IMG/VR virus record: IMGVR_UViG_3300047160_002519
Span: 9,234 to 73,233 of that record
Strand: one strand, 5' to 3'
Source: a virus
DNA: 64,000 bases
Shown here: in pieces, positions 44,319-53,307 of the stretch
Numbering within the stretch: position 1 is the first letter of the stretch
Layout: each line of letters begins with the position of its first letter
Notes under the pieces: model-generated
Database searches by the model: none
The model's input: only the letters and a program-made list of their open reading frames with translations
Told to the model about the DNA's origin: nothing
Translations under genes and position numbers: made by a program

Positions 44319-46757
44319 ATGATCCCGCAGCTATCCACCGTTCCGAATGCAGGACTCCCGGCGGGCTACCGCAAGAAAACGCCCAACGGCAACGCGCGCA
44401 TGGGCGCGGGGATCATGTTCACGAACGACGAAGGCAAGGCGCTGTTCGTTCGCCGCAGCAAGGAGGCAAGCGATCACCAGGGTGAGTGGGCTTTTCCTGG
44501 CGGTCACGTCGAGGAAGATGAGGAGCCCGCAGATGCAGCTCGTCGAGAGGCCATGGAGGAGGTTGGTCATATCGAGGGGTGGGACCTTGCGCCGATCCAC
44601 CGCGAGACCTCGAATGAGGATCACGTGGATTTCACGACATTCGGTCAGCCTGTCTCAATGGAGTTTAAGCCCCGCCTCAATCATGAACACGATGCCCATG
44701 AATGGTGCGATCCTGCTCATCCTCCTGAGCCTTTGCACCCCGGCGTTGCTTCTTTGCTTGCTCGCTTTTTCAAGGAGGAAGCCCGAGAACCAGAGCACGC
44801 GGGAGACCAAAGAATGAAGGCGGCCAAGAAGGACGTCGCCTACACCGACTACGCCTCGGACCAATCCGAGCGCTGCGGCATCTGCCGCGCCTTCAATGAG
44901 GACAAGTGCAAGAAGGTGGCGGGCGTCATCGAATCGTCCGGGTGGTGCAAGCTGTTCTCTCACGTCCCGATCGGCGCGACTGATTCGCAGTTGGTCCTGG
45001 CGCTAGATGCCACGGTGCGGAGTTTCGACACGGACGGCCGGATGCGGGTGAGCCGGACCAACATCTCGAAGGCGACCGTCAATCCGTACCGGGGCGAGGA
45101 AATCCCGACCTGGGAGGCGCTCGGCCTGATCCCCGACAAGGTCTATCAGATGTATCGCCCGGCGCATGAACTGGCGCTCGGCGCAAAAACGTTCAACAGC
45201 GTGCAACTGCTGAAAAAGCACACGCCAGTGGACATCGAAGATCACAAGATGTGGGACATCGTAGGCACCACCGGGAGCGACGCGGAGTTCGACGGGACCT
45301 ACCTGACTAATTCGCTTTCGGTGTGGGCGAAGGAAGCGATTGACTTCATCGAGTCCGGGGCACAGCGGGAGTTGAGCTGCGGCTATCACTATGTCCCGGT
45401 AATGACACCCGGCATCTTTGATGGTAAGCCTTACGACGGTGTCATGACCCAGATCGAGGGAAATCATGTCGCTCTCGTTGAGGAAGGCAGGGCGGGGCAC
45501 GACTGTGTCGTCGGAGACTCGGCCCTCTCTCAGAGGGACAGCAAGATGACCAAGCCAACTCGCCTCGAACATGCAGTCCTAACGCGCACTGCATCTGCGA
45601 TCAATCCGCTTCTTGCCAAGGACGCCAAGGTCAACTACGCCCCGCTGTTCAAAGGGCTCACCACCAAGAATTTCAAGGAACGCAGGCCCGCCATCGTCGA
45701 GGGCATGCGCAAGCTGATCAAGGGCAAGACGATTGCCCAGGACGCCTCGATCGAGCATCTGGCGCATATGCTGGATCACTTCGAGCACGCACCCGCGATT
45801 GCGGACGAATCGGTGTCCGGTTCGCAGCACCGCGCCATGGAGGCGGCGGCGCACGGCCACTCGACGCTCGGCATCCCGAAAAATGTGGGTGAGGAGTTCT
45901 CGAAGGCCGACAAGGGAAAGACGTTCGGGGACATGATTCGCGACTGGGCGGCCGCGAAGGACTGGAATGCCGGAATGTCCGATGACGACTTCTCGGCTTT
46001 GGACAAGATGCACTCCGACTGCAAGGATGGAGCCATGGGCGGACGCGACAAAGAAGAGACCCCCGAGGAATTCGAGAAGGCCGAGCACGAGATCGGTGGA
46101 GGCGAGGATCGCCGCGCTGATGACCGGCGAGGAGGCCGCGACCGGCGAGGCCACGATCGCCGCGCCGATGATGAGGAGGAGGAAGGCGGCGAGGAATTTG
46201 GCAAGTTTCATGAGAAGGAAGGCGAGGACGAATGGGAGGACAAGGAGGACGAGGGCGAGGATCAACTCGAAAACCTCGGCTCCGCTGCCCGCGACCGTCG
46301 CGCCGACGACCGGCGAGCGGATGATCGTCGCGATGCGCGCGATCGCCGCGATGGCTATGATCGCAAGGGCGGCCGTGACAAGAAGGGCGCGAAGGATGCC
46401 GCGCTGACCCAGGATTCGGTCAACAAAATGATCGAGGATGCCAGGATGCAGGAGCGCAGGCGGGCCAAGAACGCCAACGCCGCGCGCGAGTTCATTCGGC
46501 CCTATGTCGGTGCCGTCTCGATGGCGCTCGATTCCGCGGAGCAGGTCTTGCGGGCTGGCGCGAAGGCGCTGGAGATCGAGAATGCCGACAAGCTGCACCC
46601 GGACGCGCTCAAGCCGCTGATCAAGATGACCGGCGACATGCGGATGCGGCGCGTGGAGTATAATGGCGGCGAACTGGCGATGGACACCGATATGAAGGAT
46701 GACGGTATCGCCAAGTTCAACAATATGTTCGGGGCAGACCGCATCAAGACGGTCTGA
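44319..46757 (+). CDS. Nudix hydrolase - HiPIP-like - DUF2213 prohead protease - scaffold fusion
   Basis: Nudix box GHVEEDEEPADAARREAMEEVG; CGIC..C..VAG.I...GWC; DUF2213 NISKATVNPY, RELSCGY, NHVALVEEGRAG; acidic/DRR repeat scaffold. Confidence 0.9.
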   Translation: MIPQLSTVPNAGLPAGYRKKTPNGNARMGAGIMFTNDEGKALFVRRSKEASDHQGEWAFPGGHVEEDEEPADAARREAMEEVGHIEGWDLAPIHRETSNEDHVDFTTFGQPVSMEFKPRLNHEHDAHEWCDPAHPPEPLHPGVASLLARFFKEEAREPEHAGDQRMKAAKKDVAYTDYASDQSERCGICRAFNEDKCKKVAGVIESSGWCKLFSHVPIGATDSQLVLALDATVRSFDTDGRMRVSRTNISKATVNPYRGEEIPTWEALGLIPDKVYQMYRPAHELALGAKTFNSVQLLKKHTPVDIEDHKMWDIVGTTGSDAEFDGTYLTNSLSVWAKEAIDFIESGAQRELSCGYHYVPVMTPGIFDGKPYDGVMTQIEGNHVALVEEGRAGHDCVVGDSALSQRDSKMTKPTRLEHAVLTRTASAINPLLAKDAKVNYAPLFKGLTTKNFKERRPAIVEGMRKLIKGKTIAQDASIEHLAHMLDHFEHAPAIADESVSGSQHRAMEAAAHGHSTLGIPKNVGEEFSKADKGKTFGDMIRDWAAAKDWNAGMSDDDFSALDKMHSDCKDGAMGGRDKEETPEEFEKAEHEIGGGEDRRADDRRGGRDRRGHDRRADDEEEEGGEEFGKFHEKEGEDEWEDKEDEGEDQLENLGSAARDRRADDRRADDRRDARDRRDGYDRKGGRDKKGAKDAALTQDSVNKMIEDARMQERRRAKNANAAREFIRPYVGAVSMALDSAEQVLRAGAKALEIENADKLHPDALKPLIKMTGDMRMRRVEYNGGELAMDTDMKDDGIAKFNNMFGADRIKTV

Positions 46758-46797
46758 GACGTCGCGGTAACCGAGAACACGGCAGAGGAGAATCGAG

Positions 46798-47766
46798 ATG
46801 CCCGGCGGATTCCAGACGCAAGTCTACAATCAGGAAGCCCAGGCCGTAGCAGGCGACCGCGCTTCGCAGAACCCGATCGCGACGCTCGATGCAGGGCCCG
46901 GCGGACTGATCGCTGATCCCGGTGGCATCATCATCGGTAACTTCGCCTGGACCACGCCCCCGACTGATCCAGACGGCTCGAACAGCTACGCGACCCAGGT
47001 CAACGGCGCGGGCAATGTTGCTGGCCTTGCCTACAATTGGACGCAAGGGCTCAACACGGTGTTCTTGTCGGACGCCTCGATGCTGATCCCGCAGGGCTTG
47101 CCCGTGGCGCTGGCGGTGCAAGGTGATTTCTGGGTGGTGAACAACGGCTCTACGTTCGCTGCCCCAGGACAGAAGGCGTTCGCGGCCTTCGGCACCGGCG
47201 CAGTGTCGTTCGGCGCGGCGGGCTCGGTCACGGTGACCTCGGCGGCGTCGGGCTCCTCGATCGCGGCCTCGACCTTCTCGGCTACGGGCTCGATCCAGAA
47301 TGACATCATGACGATCACGGTAGTCGGCGCTGGCACGCTGGTTCGTGGTGCGACGATCTCCGGCACCGGCATCAACGGCTCACCGACGATCACCGGGCAG
47401 TTGAGCGGCACTCCGGGCGGCGTCGGTACCTACACGATCTCCCCGAGCCAGCAGAAGGCGATCGCCTCCGAAACCATCTCGGGCACCTACGGCACGATGA
47501 CGGTCGGCACGATGACGACGGGCACGGCGTTCTCGGTCGGGCAGACGCTGCAGGCGACTGGCGCGGTGGTTGCGGGCACGCAAATAACGCAGCTTTTGAC
47601 CGGCTCCGGCGGCAATGGCTCGACCTTCGCGGTGAACAACAACACCGTGGTCTCGTCCCAGGTCATCAATGCGCTTGGCGCTGCCGAAACGAAGTGGACG
47701 GCGGCGAGCGCGGGCAATCCGGGCGGCTTGGTCAAGATCACGTCGTGGGTAGGCTCGCAGGGCTGA
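46798..47766 (+). CDS. Head decoration/cement (minor capsid) protein with beta-module insert
   Basis: GFQTQV..AVAGDRASQNP, GDFWV motifs; directly upstream of MCP. Confidence 0.8.
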   Translation: MPGGFQTQVYNQEAQAVAGDRASQNPIATLDAGPGGLIADPGGIIIGNFAWTTPPTDPDGSNSYATQVNGAGNVAGLAYNWTQGLNTVFLSDASMLIPQGLPVALAVQGDFWVVNNGSTFAAPGQKAFAAFGTGAVSFGAAGSVTVTSAASGSSIAASTFSATGSIQNDIMTITVVGAGTLVRGATISGTGINGSPTITGQLSGTPGGVGTYTISPSQQKAIASETISGTYGTMTVGTMTTGTAFSVGQTLQATGAVVAGTQITQLLTGSGGNGSTFAVNNNTVVSSQVINALGAAETKWTAASAGNPGGLVKITSWVGSQG

Positions 47767-47799
47767 CTTTAGACAGGGCGGCTTAGAGGAGAAGCAAGG

Positions 47800-48951
47800 A
47801 TGGAACCCATCAGCATCAGGTCCGTGGATGAGGGCCGCGCCCTGTTTCGGCAACACCGGCAGTACCTCGCGGATCGCGGTGTACATTTGCCCTATCAGAT
47901 GCAGCGCTATCTCACTGACAGGGAGAAGGCGACGGGCAATCTGATCATGGCGATGGACGCCCCGAACCCGCCGATCGCACCGATGGGCGCGCTGCCCGGG
48001 CCGCTGTCGAGCGACCCGAACGCGGCGCTGCCGTGGATGCTGACCTCGGCTATCGACCCGGAGATTATCCGGGTGATCTTCTCGCCGCTCGATTTCGCGG
48101 AAATCCTGGGGGAGAGGAAGGCAGGCGACTGGACCGAACAGACCCGCTTCTTCCCGCTCGTTGAGGCGACCGGCGAGGTGTCGAGCTACGACGACTTCGT
48201 CAATAACGGCCGCGCCGGGGCGAACTTCAACTACCCGCAACTGCAGAGCTACCTGTTCCAGACCATCGTCAACTACGGCGAGTTGCAGATCGCGCGCGCT
48301 GGCTTGGCGAAGATCAACTGGGTCTCGGAACTGGGGCTGGCAGCGGCGGATCTGCTCAATCGCTTCCAGAACCTCTCCTATGCGTTCGGCGTGGCAGGCC
48401 TGCAGAACTACGGCGTGATGAACAATCCCTTTATCTCGTCCGCGCTGACCCCGGCAACGAAGGCCTGGGGCGGAACCGGGTGGTTCAATGCCGGATCGCC
48501 CGCGGCGACCGCCAACGAAGCCTACAATGACATCGTCGCGATGGTGACGCAGTTGGTGGCGCAGACCAACGGCGCGATCAACATCAAGGACTCGATGACG
48601 CTGGCGATGAGCCCGCAGAGCGAGATCGCCATGACCTTCGCGAACAGCTTCGGCGTTTACGTCGAGAACCTGCTCAAGAAGGGCTACCCGAACCTGAAGG
48701 TCAAAACGGCCCCGCAGTACGGCCAACAGAACACGAATAACCCGCAGGGCTACTCGGCCGCTGGTAACGTGCTGCAGCTTTGGCCGGACAAGATTCAGGG
48801 ACAGACGGTGGTCTACGCGGCCTACAATGAGAAGCTGCGCAGCCACAAGATCATTCCGGACCTGTCAAGCTGGAAGCAAAAGCAGACCTCGGGCACGTGG
48901 GGTACGGTCATCCGCATGCCGGTCGGCTTTGTCACAATGATTGGTGTTTAG
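47800..48951 (+). CDS. Major capsid protein (DUF2184 type)
   Basis: IDPEIIRVIFSP, KAGDW, GEVSSYDD, GLQNYGVMNNP, QKQTSGTWG; AMDA near N-terminus. Confidence 0.92.
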   Translation: MEPISIRSVDEGRALFRQHRQYLADRGVHLPYQMQRYLTDREKATGNLIMAMDAPNPPIAPMGALPGPLSSDPNAALPWMLTSAIDPEIIRVIFSPLDFAEILGERKAGDWTEQTRFFPLVEATGEVSSYDDFVNNGRAGANFNYPQLQSYLFQTIVNYGELQIARAGLAKINWVSELGLAAADLLNRFQNLSYAFGVAGLQNYGVMNNPFISSALTPATKAWGGTGWFNAGSPAATANEAYNDIVAMVTQLVAQTNGAINIKDSMTLAMSPQSEIAMTFANSFGVYVENLLKKGYPNLKVKTAPQYGQQNTNNPQGYSAAGNVLQLWPDKIQGQTVVYAAYNEKLRSHKIIPDLSSWKQKQTSGTWGTVIRMPVGFVTMIGV

Positions 48952-49088
48952 TTCCTGTAAATCAGGAATCGCCAGAGGGGAGAGCCGCGCGCGGTGAGTG
49001 CTTGCACTCTTTTGCCCGCCTGGGAATGAGCCCGCGAGGGACCCCAAGCTTAACAGCGGCGCATCGCAATGGGCATGGGAGCTGAGGA

Positions 49089-49370
49089 ATGCGTAAGATT
49101 ATTTTTGCTTTTGGAGTGTTTTTGACTTTTGCAGCATCTCCCGCAGCCGCGCAGTGCGGCTGCGGTGGTTTCCAGCCTTGGCCGAGCGGCTGGGGCAATG
49201 CTGGTTATGACGCGGATGGCTACGGACAATCCGCGGCCGTGACAGTCATCGCGCAGCCCGGATTCGGTGGCGGCTGGGGCGGTGGCTGGGATGGACGGCC
49301 CTGGGGCTGGCGTGGCGGCTACGGCTGGCGCGGTGGCGGATGGGGCTGGCATCGCCGGGTGGTGTGGTAA
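49089..49370 (+). CDS. Secreted Gly/Trp-rich small protein
   Basis: Signal peptide ending AAA-Q; GWGGGW repeats. Confidence 0.6.
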   Translation: MRKIIFAFGVFLTFAASPAAAQCGCGGFQPWPSGWGNAGYDADGYGQSAAVTVIAQPGFGGGWGGGWDGRPWGWRGGYGWRGGGWGWHRRVVW

Positions 49371-49398
49371 TAGCGTGCGGTGAGAGGGACGGGCGCAA

Positions 49399-49695
49399 AT
49401 GAGGAAAGCAATCGAAGCAATCGTCCTGGCGGCGGGCCTTGTGCTCGCCGCTTCGCCCGCCTGGGCGCAGCAAGGCCAGGGCGGGCTCTACATCGATGAG
49501 AACGGCGCGGTGATCACGAGCCCGAGCCATGGCTACGGCACCGAGCGACGCGGCAACGGCTACGAGCGCGGCAGCGTCTATGTTGGCCCGCGCGAACCTG
49601 TGGTACACCGCGACGGCTACTACCATCGCGGCTACGGCTACGAGCGGCACCATTACCACCCCTACCGCCATGCCGTGCCCTACGGAGGCTACTGA
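49399..49695 (+). CDS. Secreted Gly/Tyr/His/Arg-rich small protein
   Basis: Signal peptide ending AWA-Q; GYERG/GYERH repeats. Confidence 0.6.
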   Translation: MRKAIEAIVLAAGLVLAASPAWAQQGQGGLYIDENGAVITSPSHGYGTERRGNGYERGSVYVGPREPVVHRDGYYHRGYGYERHHYHPYRHAVPYGGY

Positions 49696-50273
49696 TGGCC
49701 AAGAAGCCCGCCGCACCTATCGAGGCACCGGCGATCGTCAACGTACCCAAGAACGGCCGCACGGTCTGTGTGGCATGCAAGGTGCCCCAGGGTATCCGGC
49801 TTCAACTACAGCACCCAATGAAGCGGCGCATGCCGAAAGGCCTGGGCGGCGACAATGACTACGAAGAAACCATGTTCAACGTGTTCGGCGGGCAGATTTA
49901 CAACTGCTTCGGCCCGGCGATCCCGGCGATGGGTGGCGTACCCGATGGCTATGTGATGCCGCCCGACATCAAGGGTGGCTACGCTTTCACGCCCGGCATC
50001 CCGGTGGATTTCTGGGAGCAATGGCTGAAGCAGAATGCCCAGGCCGACTACGTCTTGAACCACATGGTATTCGCGCTGCCCGCGATGGCGGACGCCAAGA
50101 TCAAGGCGGTCTCGCACGAGGCCGAGAAGTCGGGGCTCGAACCCGTTTCACGTGAAATCGATGAAAAGACGGGCATGCTGAAGGACCGCCGCGTCCCGAA
50201 GCCGATCAACCAAAGCCTGTCCCGGATCATGTTCGATCAGGAGCGCAGCGCGCGGCAGCAAAGCTCGGAATGA
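49695..50273 (+). CDS. Head-completion associated protein
   Basis: TVCVACKVPQG, GGYAFTPGIPVDFWEQW, KSGLEP motifs found after DUF2184 capsids. Confidence 0.7.
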   Translation: MAKKPAAPIEAPAIVNVPKNGRTVCVACKVPQGIRLQLQHPMKRRMPKGLGGDNDYEETMFNVFGGQIYNCFGPAIPAMGGVPDGYVMPPDIKGGYAFTPGIPVDFWEQWLKQNAQADYVLNHMVFALPAMADAKIKAVSHEAEKSGLEPVSREIDEKTGMLKDRRVPKPINQSLSRIMFDQERSARQQSSE

Positions 50274-50288
50274 GCGATGGGGTGAGGC

Positions 50289-50819
50289 ATGACGGTCCCC
50301 CCGAGCCCTGTCGTCACATTCGACTTTCCCACCTTCATCGGGCTGTTTCCTGAGTTCGCCGCACTGTCACCGACGCTGGCGAACGCCTATTTCATCCGCG
50401 CCACGGCAACCGTGTTCGCCAACGATGTGACGAACCTCGCCTACGACAACGGCGCGAACATTCCGGTATTCACCTACTGGGTTTATCTGGCGACCGCGCA
50501 TGTGGCGTGGCTGTTCTGCCAGAAGGATGCGATGGGGATACCGACATCGGACCCGTCAACGGCCCAGGCGGCGTCGCCCTTGGTCGGCCGCGTCAGCCAA
50601 GCGAGCGAGGGCTCGGTCTCGGTCTCGACGGAATATCCGCTCGATGGATCGTCGAGCGCGCAAGAGAAGTACCTCGCGCAAACCAAGTACGGCACCGAGC
50701 TATGGGCGGCGCTGGCACCGTTCCGCACCGCACAATACGCGGCACGGCCGACCATCGTGTTCGGCGGCCGGTTCCGAGGACCCTACAACCGAGCCTTCCC
50801 GTGGTGGGGATGGCGATAG
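50289..50819 (+). CDS. DUF4054 head-tail adaptor
   Basis: F..LFPEF, YLATAH, LVGRVSQASEGSVSVS, QTKYG..W. Confidence 0.85.
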   Translation: MTVPPSPVVTFDFPTFIGLFPEFAALSPTLANAYFIRATATVFANDVTNLAYDNGANIPVFTYWVYLATAHVAWLFCQKDAMGIPTSDPSTAQAASPLVGRVSQASEGSVSVSTEYPLDGSSSAQEKYLAQTKYGTELWAALAPFRTAQYAARPTIVFGGRFRGPYNRAFPWWGWR

Positions 50820-50831
50820 GAGGCGGCGGCA

Positions 50832-51191
50832 ATGGACGAAGGTGAAAAGCATGCCAAGGCGATGGATGCCTACAACAAGGGCGACCTCGAAGGCGCGGGC
50901 GAAGCGCTCGGGCTGCAGCCAGTAGCCAAGAAGTTCGGGCACGAGTTCGACGAAACCGCGGAATCCTATGACAAGCGATTGCGGGCGGCTCTGGGCTTGC
51001 CCGCTCCGGCCACAGAGGAAGGCACAGGGAGCCATCTCGGGGCGGGCGGCCCGGTAGTCGTAGACCCGGTGGAAGGCGGCCCGGTGGGCTCGGCGGGCCC
51101 GGTGGAGGGCCATGTAGAGCACGAGGACAACCCCGAGCCCGAGGACAACGATGAGCACGGGCACCGGAGCGGCCGGAGGCACCGGAAATGA
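50832..51191 (+). CDS. Acidic hypothetical protein
   Basis: AGGAGG RBS. Confidence 0.5.
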   Translation: MDEGEKHAKAMDAYNKGDLEGAGEALGLQPVAKKFGHEFDETAESYDKRLRAALGLPAPATEEGTGSHLGAGGPVVVDPVEGGPVGSAGPVEGHVEHEDNPEPEDNDEHGHRSGRRHRK

Positions 51192-51385
51192 AGGATGCGA
51201 TCAAGATCAATCCGACCGATAGCGACAATGCCGCCCGCAAGCGGCACGAGGAGATCGAGGACCGACTGGAGCAACTCGGCAAGGATCAAGTTGAGACCAT
51301 GCTCAAGACTGGCGGGCTGCCGACCGAGTGGGGACCGATCATCCGGTCCTGGCTCGCGGGCGACAAGCTGGAGCGCAAGGCCTGA
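51188..51385 (+). CDS. Hypothetical protein
   Basis: Coupled at both ends. Confidence 0.55.
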   Translation: MKDAIKINPTDSDNAARKRHEEIEDRLEQLGKDQVETMLKTGGLPTEWGPIIRSWLAGDKLERKA

Positions 51386-51834
51386 TGGCGACGATCAGAG
51401 GCGGCGAGCAGGTGGCGGCAAAACTGCGCGAGTTGGCTGACCGGCTGCGCAATCCCGGGACGCTGCGCGTTGGCTTTTTAGAGAAAGCCACCTACCCGGA
51501 CGGCAAGCCCGTCGCCATGATCGCGGCGATCCAAGAATATGGCGCACCGCGCGCGGGCATTCCGCCGCGTCCCTTCTTCCGCAACATGATCGCAGCCAAG
51601 CAGGCGGAGTGGGCTCCGGCCATTGCGCAGCTACTAGTGCAGAACAACTACGATGCAACGCGCGCACTGGATATCGCAGGGGCGGCGATTGCGGGACAAC
51701 TCCGACAAAGCGTGATAGACACCAACGCACCGCCGCTAAAACCGGCGACGATTCGCCGTAAGGGCTTCTCGAAGCCGTTGATCGAAACCTCGGTGATGAT
51801 CAACAGCATCGATCACGACGTGAAGCCGGGCTGA
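51385..51834 (+). CDS. Neck/head-to-tail joining protein
   Basis: LRVGFLE.ATYPDG..VAMIAAIQEYG..IPPRPFFR..PL..ATIRRKGFSKPLIET. Confidence 0.85.
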   Translation: MATIRGGEQVAAKLRELADRLRNPGTLRVGFLEKATYPDGKPVAMIAAIQEYGAPRAGIPPRPFFRNMIAAKQAEWAPAIAQLLVQNNYDATRALDIAGAAIAGQLRQSVIDTNAPPLKPATIRRKGFSKPLIETSVMINSIDHDVKPG

Positions 51835-51847
51835 GAGGAGGCGTGGA

Positions 51848-52450
51848 ATGAGCAGAGTTGTTCTCTGGGACACCCGGATCGGTGACCGACCGGGGCAGAT
51901 GGCGATCAACAATAACCTCGGCGCGACGACCAATCCCGGCGCGTCGAACGACTCCACGCAGGGCTACGAGGTGGGATCGCAATGGTTCAACACCTCGACA
52001 AAGACGGCCTGGGTCTGCGTCTCGGCCGCAGCGGGAGCGGCGAACTGGATCGAGTACGGCTCAAGCGGCACCATCGTCTCTGATACTTCCTCGGCCTACA
52101 ACGCGGCGAATAACGCGGCGGGCTTCCAGGCGACGGGCGCACAGATTTCAGGCGGCTCAGCCTTCGTCGAGCTTGATCTGACCGGCAACCCCGCAGGTGC
52201 GGCAAACCTCCAGCTTCCGACCGTTGCAAATCTGGTCGCGGCGATCCCGGGTGTTGCGGCTGGAGACAGCTACACGCTGCGGGTCAAGAACAGCGCTAAC
52301 TCGAATACTTGGACGGTCACGACGGCTACGGGCTGGACGCTCAACGGCACGATGTCGATCGCGACCGGCACATGGCGCGACTTCGTGCTGACCTTCACTT
52401 CGCTGGCGGCGGCGACCCTGCAGAACGCGGGCGGTGGTGCGACGCTGTAA
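51848..52450 (+). CDS. Putative structural (fibre-anchor-like) protein
   Basis: ATTNPGASNDSTQGYEVGSQWFN...WVCV..AAGAANW motif; Ala/Thr-rich. Confidence 0.6.
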   Translation: MSRVVLWDTRIGDRPGQMAINNNLGATTNPGASNDSTQGYEVGSQWFNTSTKTAWVCVSAAAGAANWIEYGSSGTIVSDTSSAYNAANNAAGFQATGAQISGGSAFVELDLTGNPAGAANLQLPTVANLVAAIPGVAAGDSYTLRVKNSANSNTWTVTTATGWTLNGTMSIATGTWRDFVLTFTSLAAATLQNAGGGATL

Positions 52451-52494
52451 CTTGATGTAGGTTTCACCGACTCGACGATGAAAGGGACCCCGAG

Positions 52495-52986
52495 ATGGCC
52501 AATTTCTCTGCCCCCTTGCTGAACGCCCCGATCGGCACGGCGTTTCGAACTACGGGTTTCCTCTTCACACCAACTGCATCCTTCCGCCGCGCCATGCTCT
52601 ATGAAGTGGAGATGGGGCAGACGGCGGCCTACGCGTCGACCGACGCGCCGATGCAGTGGGACCTGTCCCGCGCTTCCAATACCGCAGGCATCGTCGGAAC
52701 TACCGTGGCGGGCAACCTGCTTGATCCGGGCGACATCGCCTCGATTACGCTGTTCATGCAGAACCTGACTACCGAGCCGACCAACTACACCACGGCAGGT
52801 AACGGGTTGAACCTCAAGCAGTGGGGCATCAACCAGCGCGGAAGCTATCGCTGGCGCGCACTTGACGACGGCGACAACATCATCATCGCAGCCGTCGCAT
52901 CCCAGGGCATCGGCATCCGGGCCGCGTCGATTGCCTCGGGCTTCGCCGGATCGGCACTCGGGACCTTGGCCTATATCGAGCGCTGA
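52495..52986 (+). CDS. Putative structural beta-sandwich protein
   Basis: RRAMLYEV, LDPGD, TTEPT, NQRGSYRW. Confidence 0.55.
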   Translation: MANFSAPLLNAPIGTAFRTTGFLFTPTASFRRAMLYEVEMGQTAAYASTDAPMQWDLSRASNTAGIVGTTVAGNLLDPGDIASITLFMQNLTTEPTNYTTAGNGLNLKQWGINQRGSYRWRALDDGDNIIIAAVASQGIGIRAASIASGFAGSALGTLAYIER

Positions 52987-53276
52987 TGCCGAAGCTTCTG
53001 CAGATGAACCCGGGTGGCATCAACTTCTATAGCCACCCGGACTTCGGAATGGTCGAGGCCTACTCGTCGACCTGCAGCCATTGCCAGCACATCACTGATT
53101 TCCCGTCGAAAAAGCAGATGATGGATCACGTCGACTTCTGTCGATCGTGCATGAAGCTGATTTGCCTCGCCTGCTACGGCCGCCCGTGCATGCCCTACGA
53201 GAAGGAAGCCGAGCGCCAGGAGTTTGAGTATAAGCTCCGAAGCCGGGTACACATGCAGGGCTGGCGGTGCTACTGA
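52986..53276 (+). CDS. Cys-rich Zn-binding protein
   Basis: CSHC, CRSC, CLAC, C.PYEK. Confidence 0.65.
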   Translation: MPKLLQMNPGGINFYSHPDFGMVEAYSSTCSHCQHITDFPSKKQMMDHVDFCRSCMKLICLACYGRPCMPYEKEAERQEFEYKLRSRVHMQGWRCY

Positions 53277-53307
53277 GGGGACACGAATCCCCTCAACGAG
53301 GCACCCC

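Noticed and set aside
46100-46400. DRRADD repeats as a separate repeat element
   Set aside because: Coding low-complexity scaffold; covered under the cleavage-motif finding
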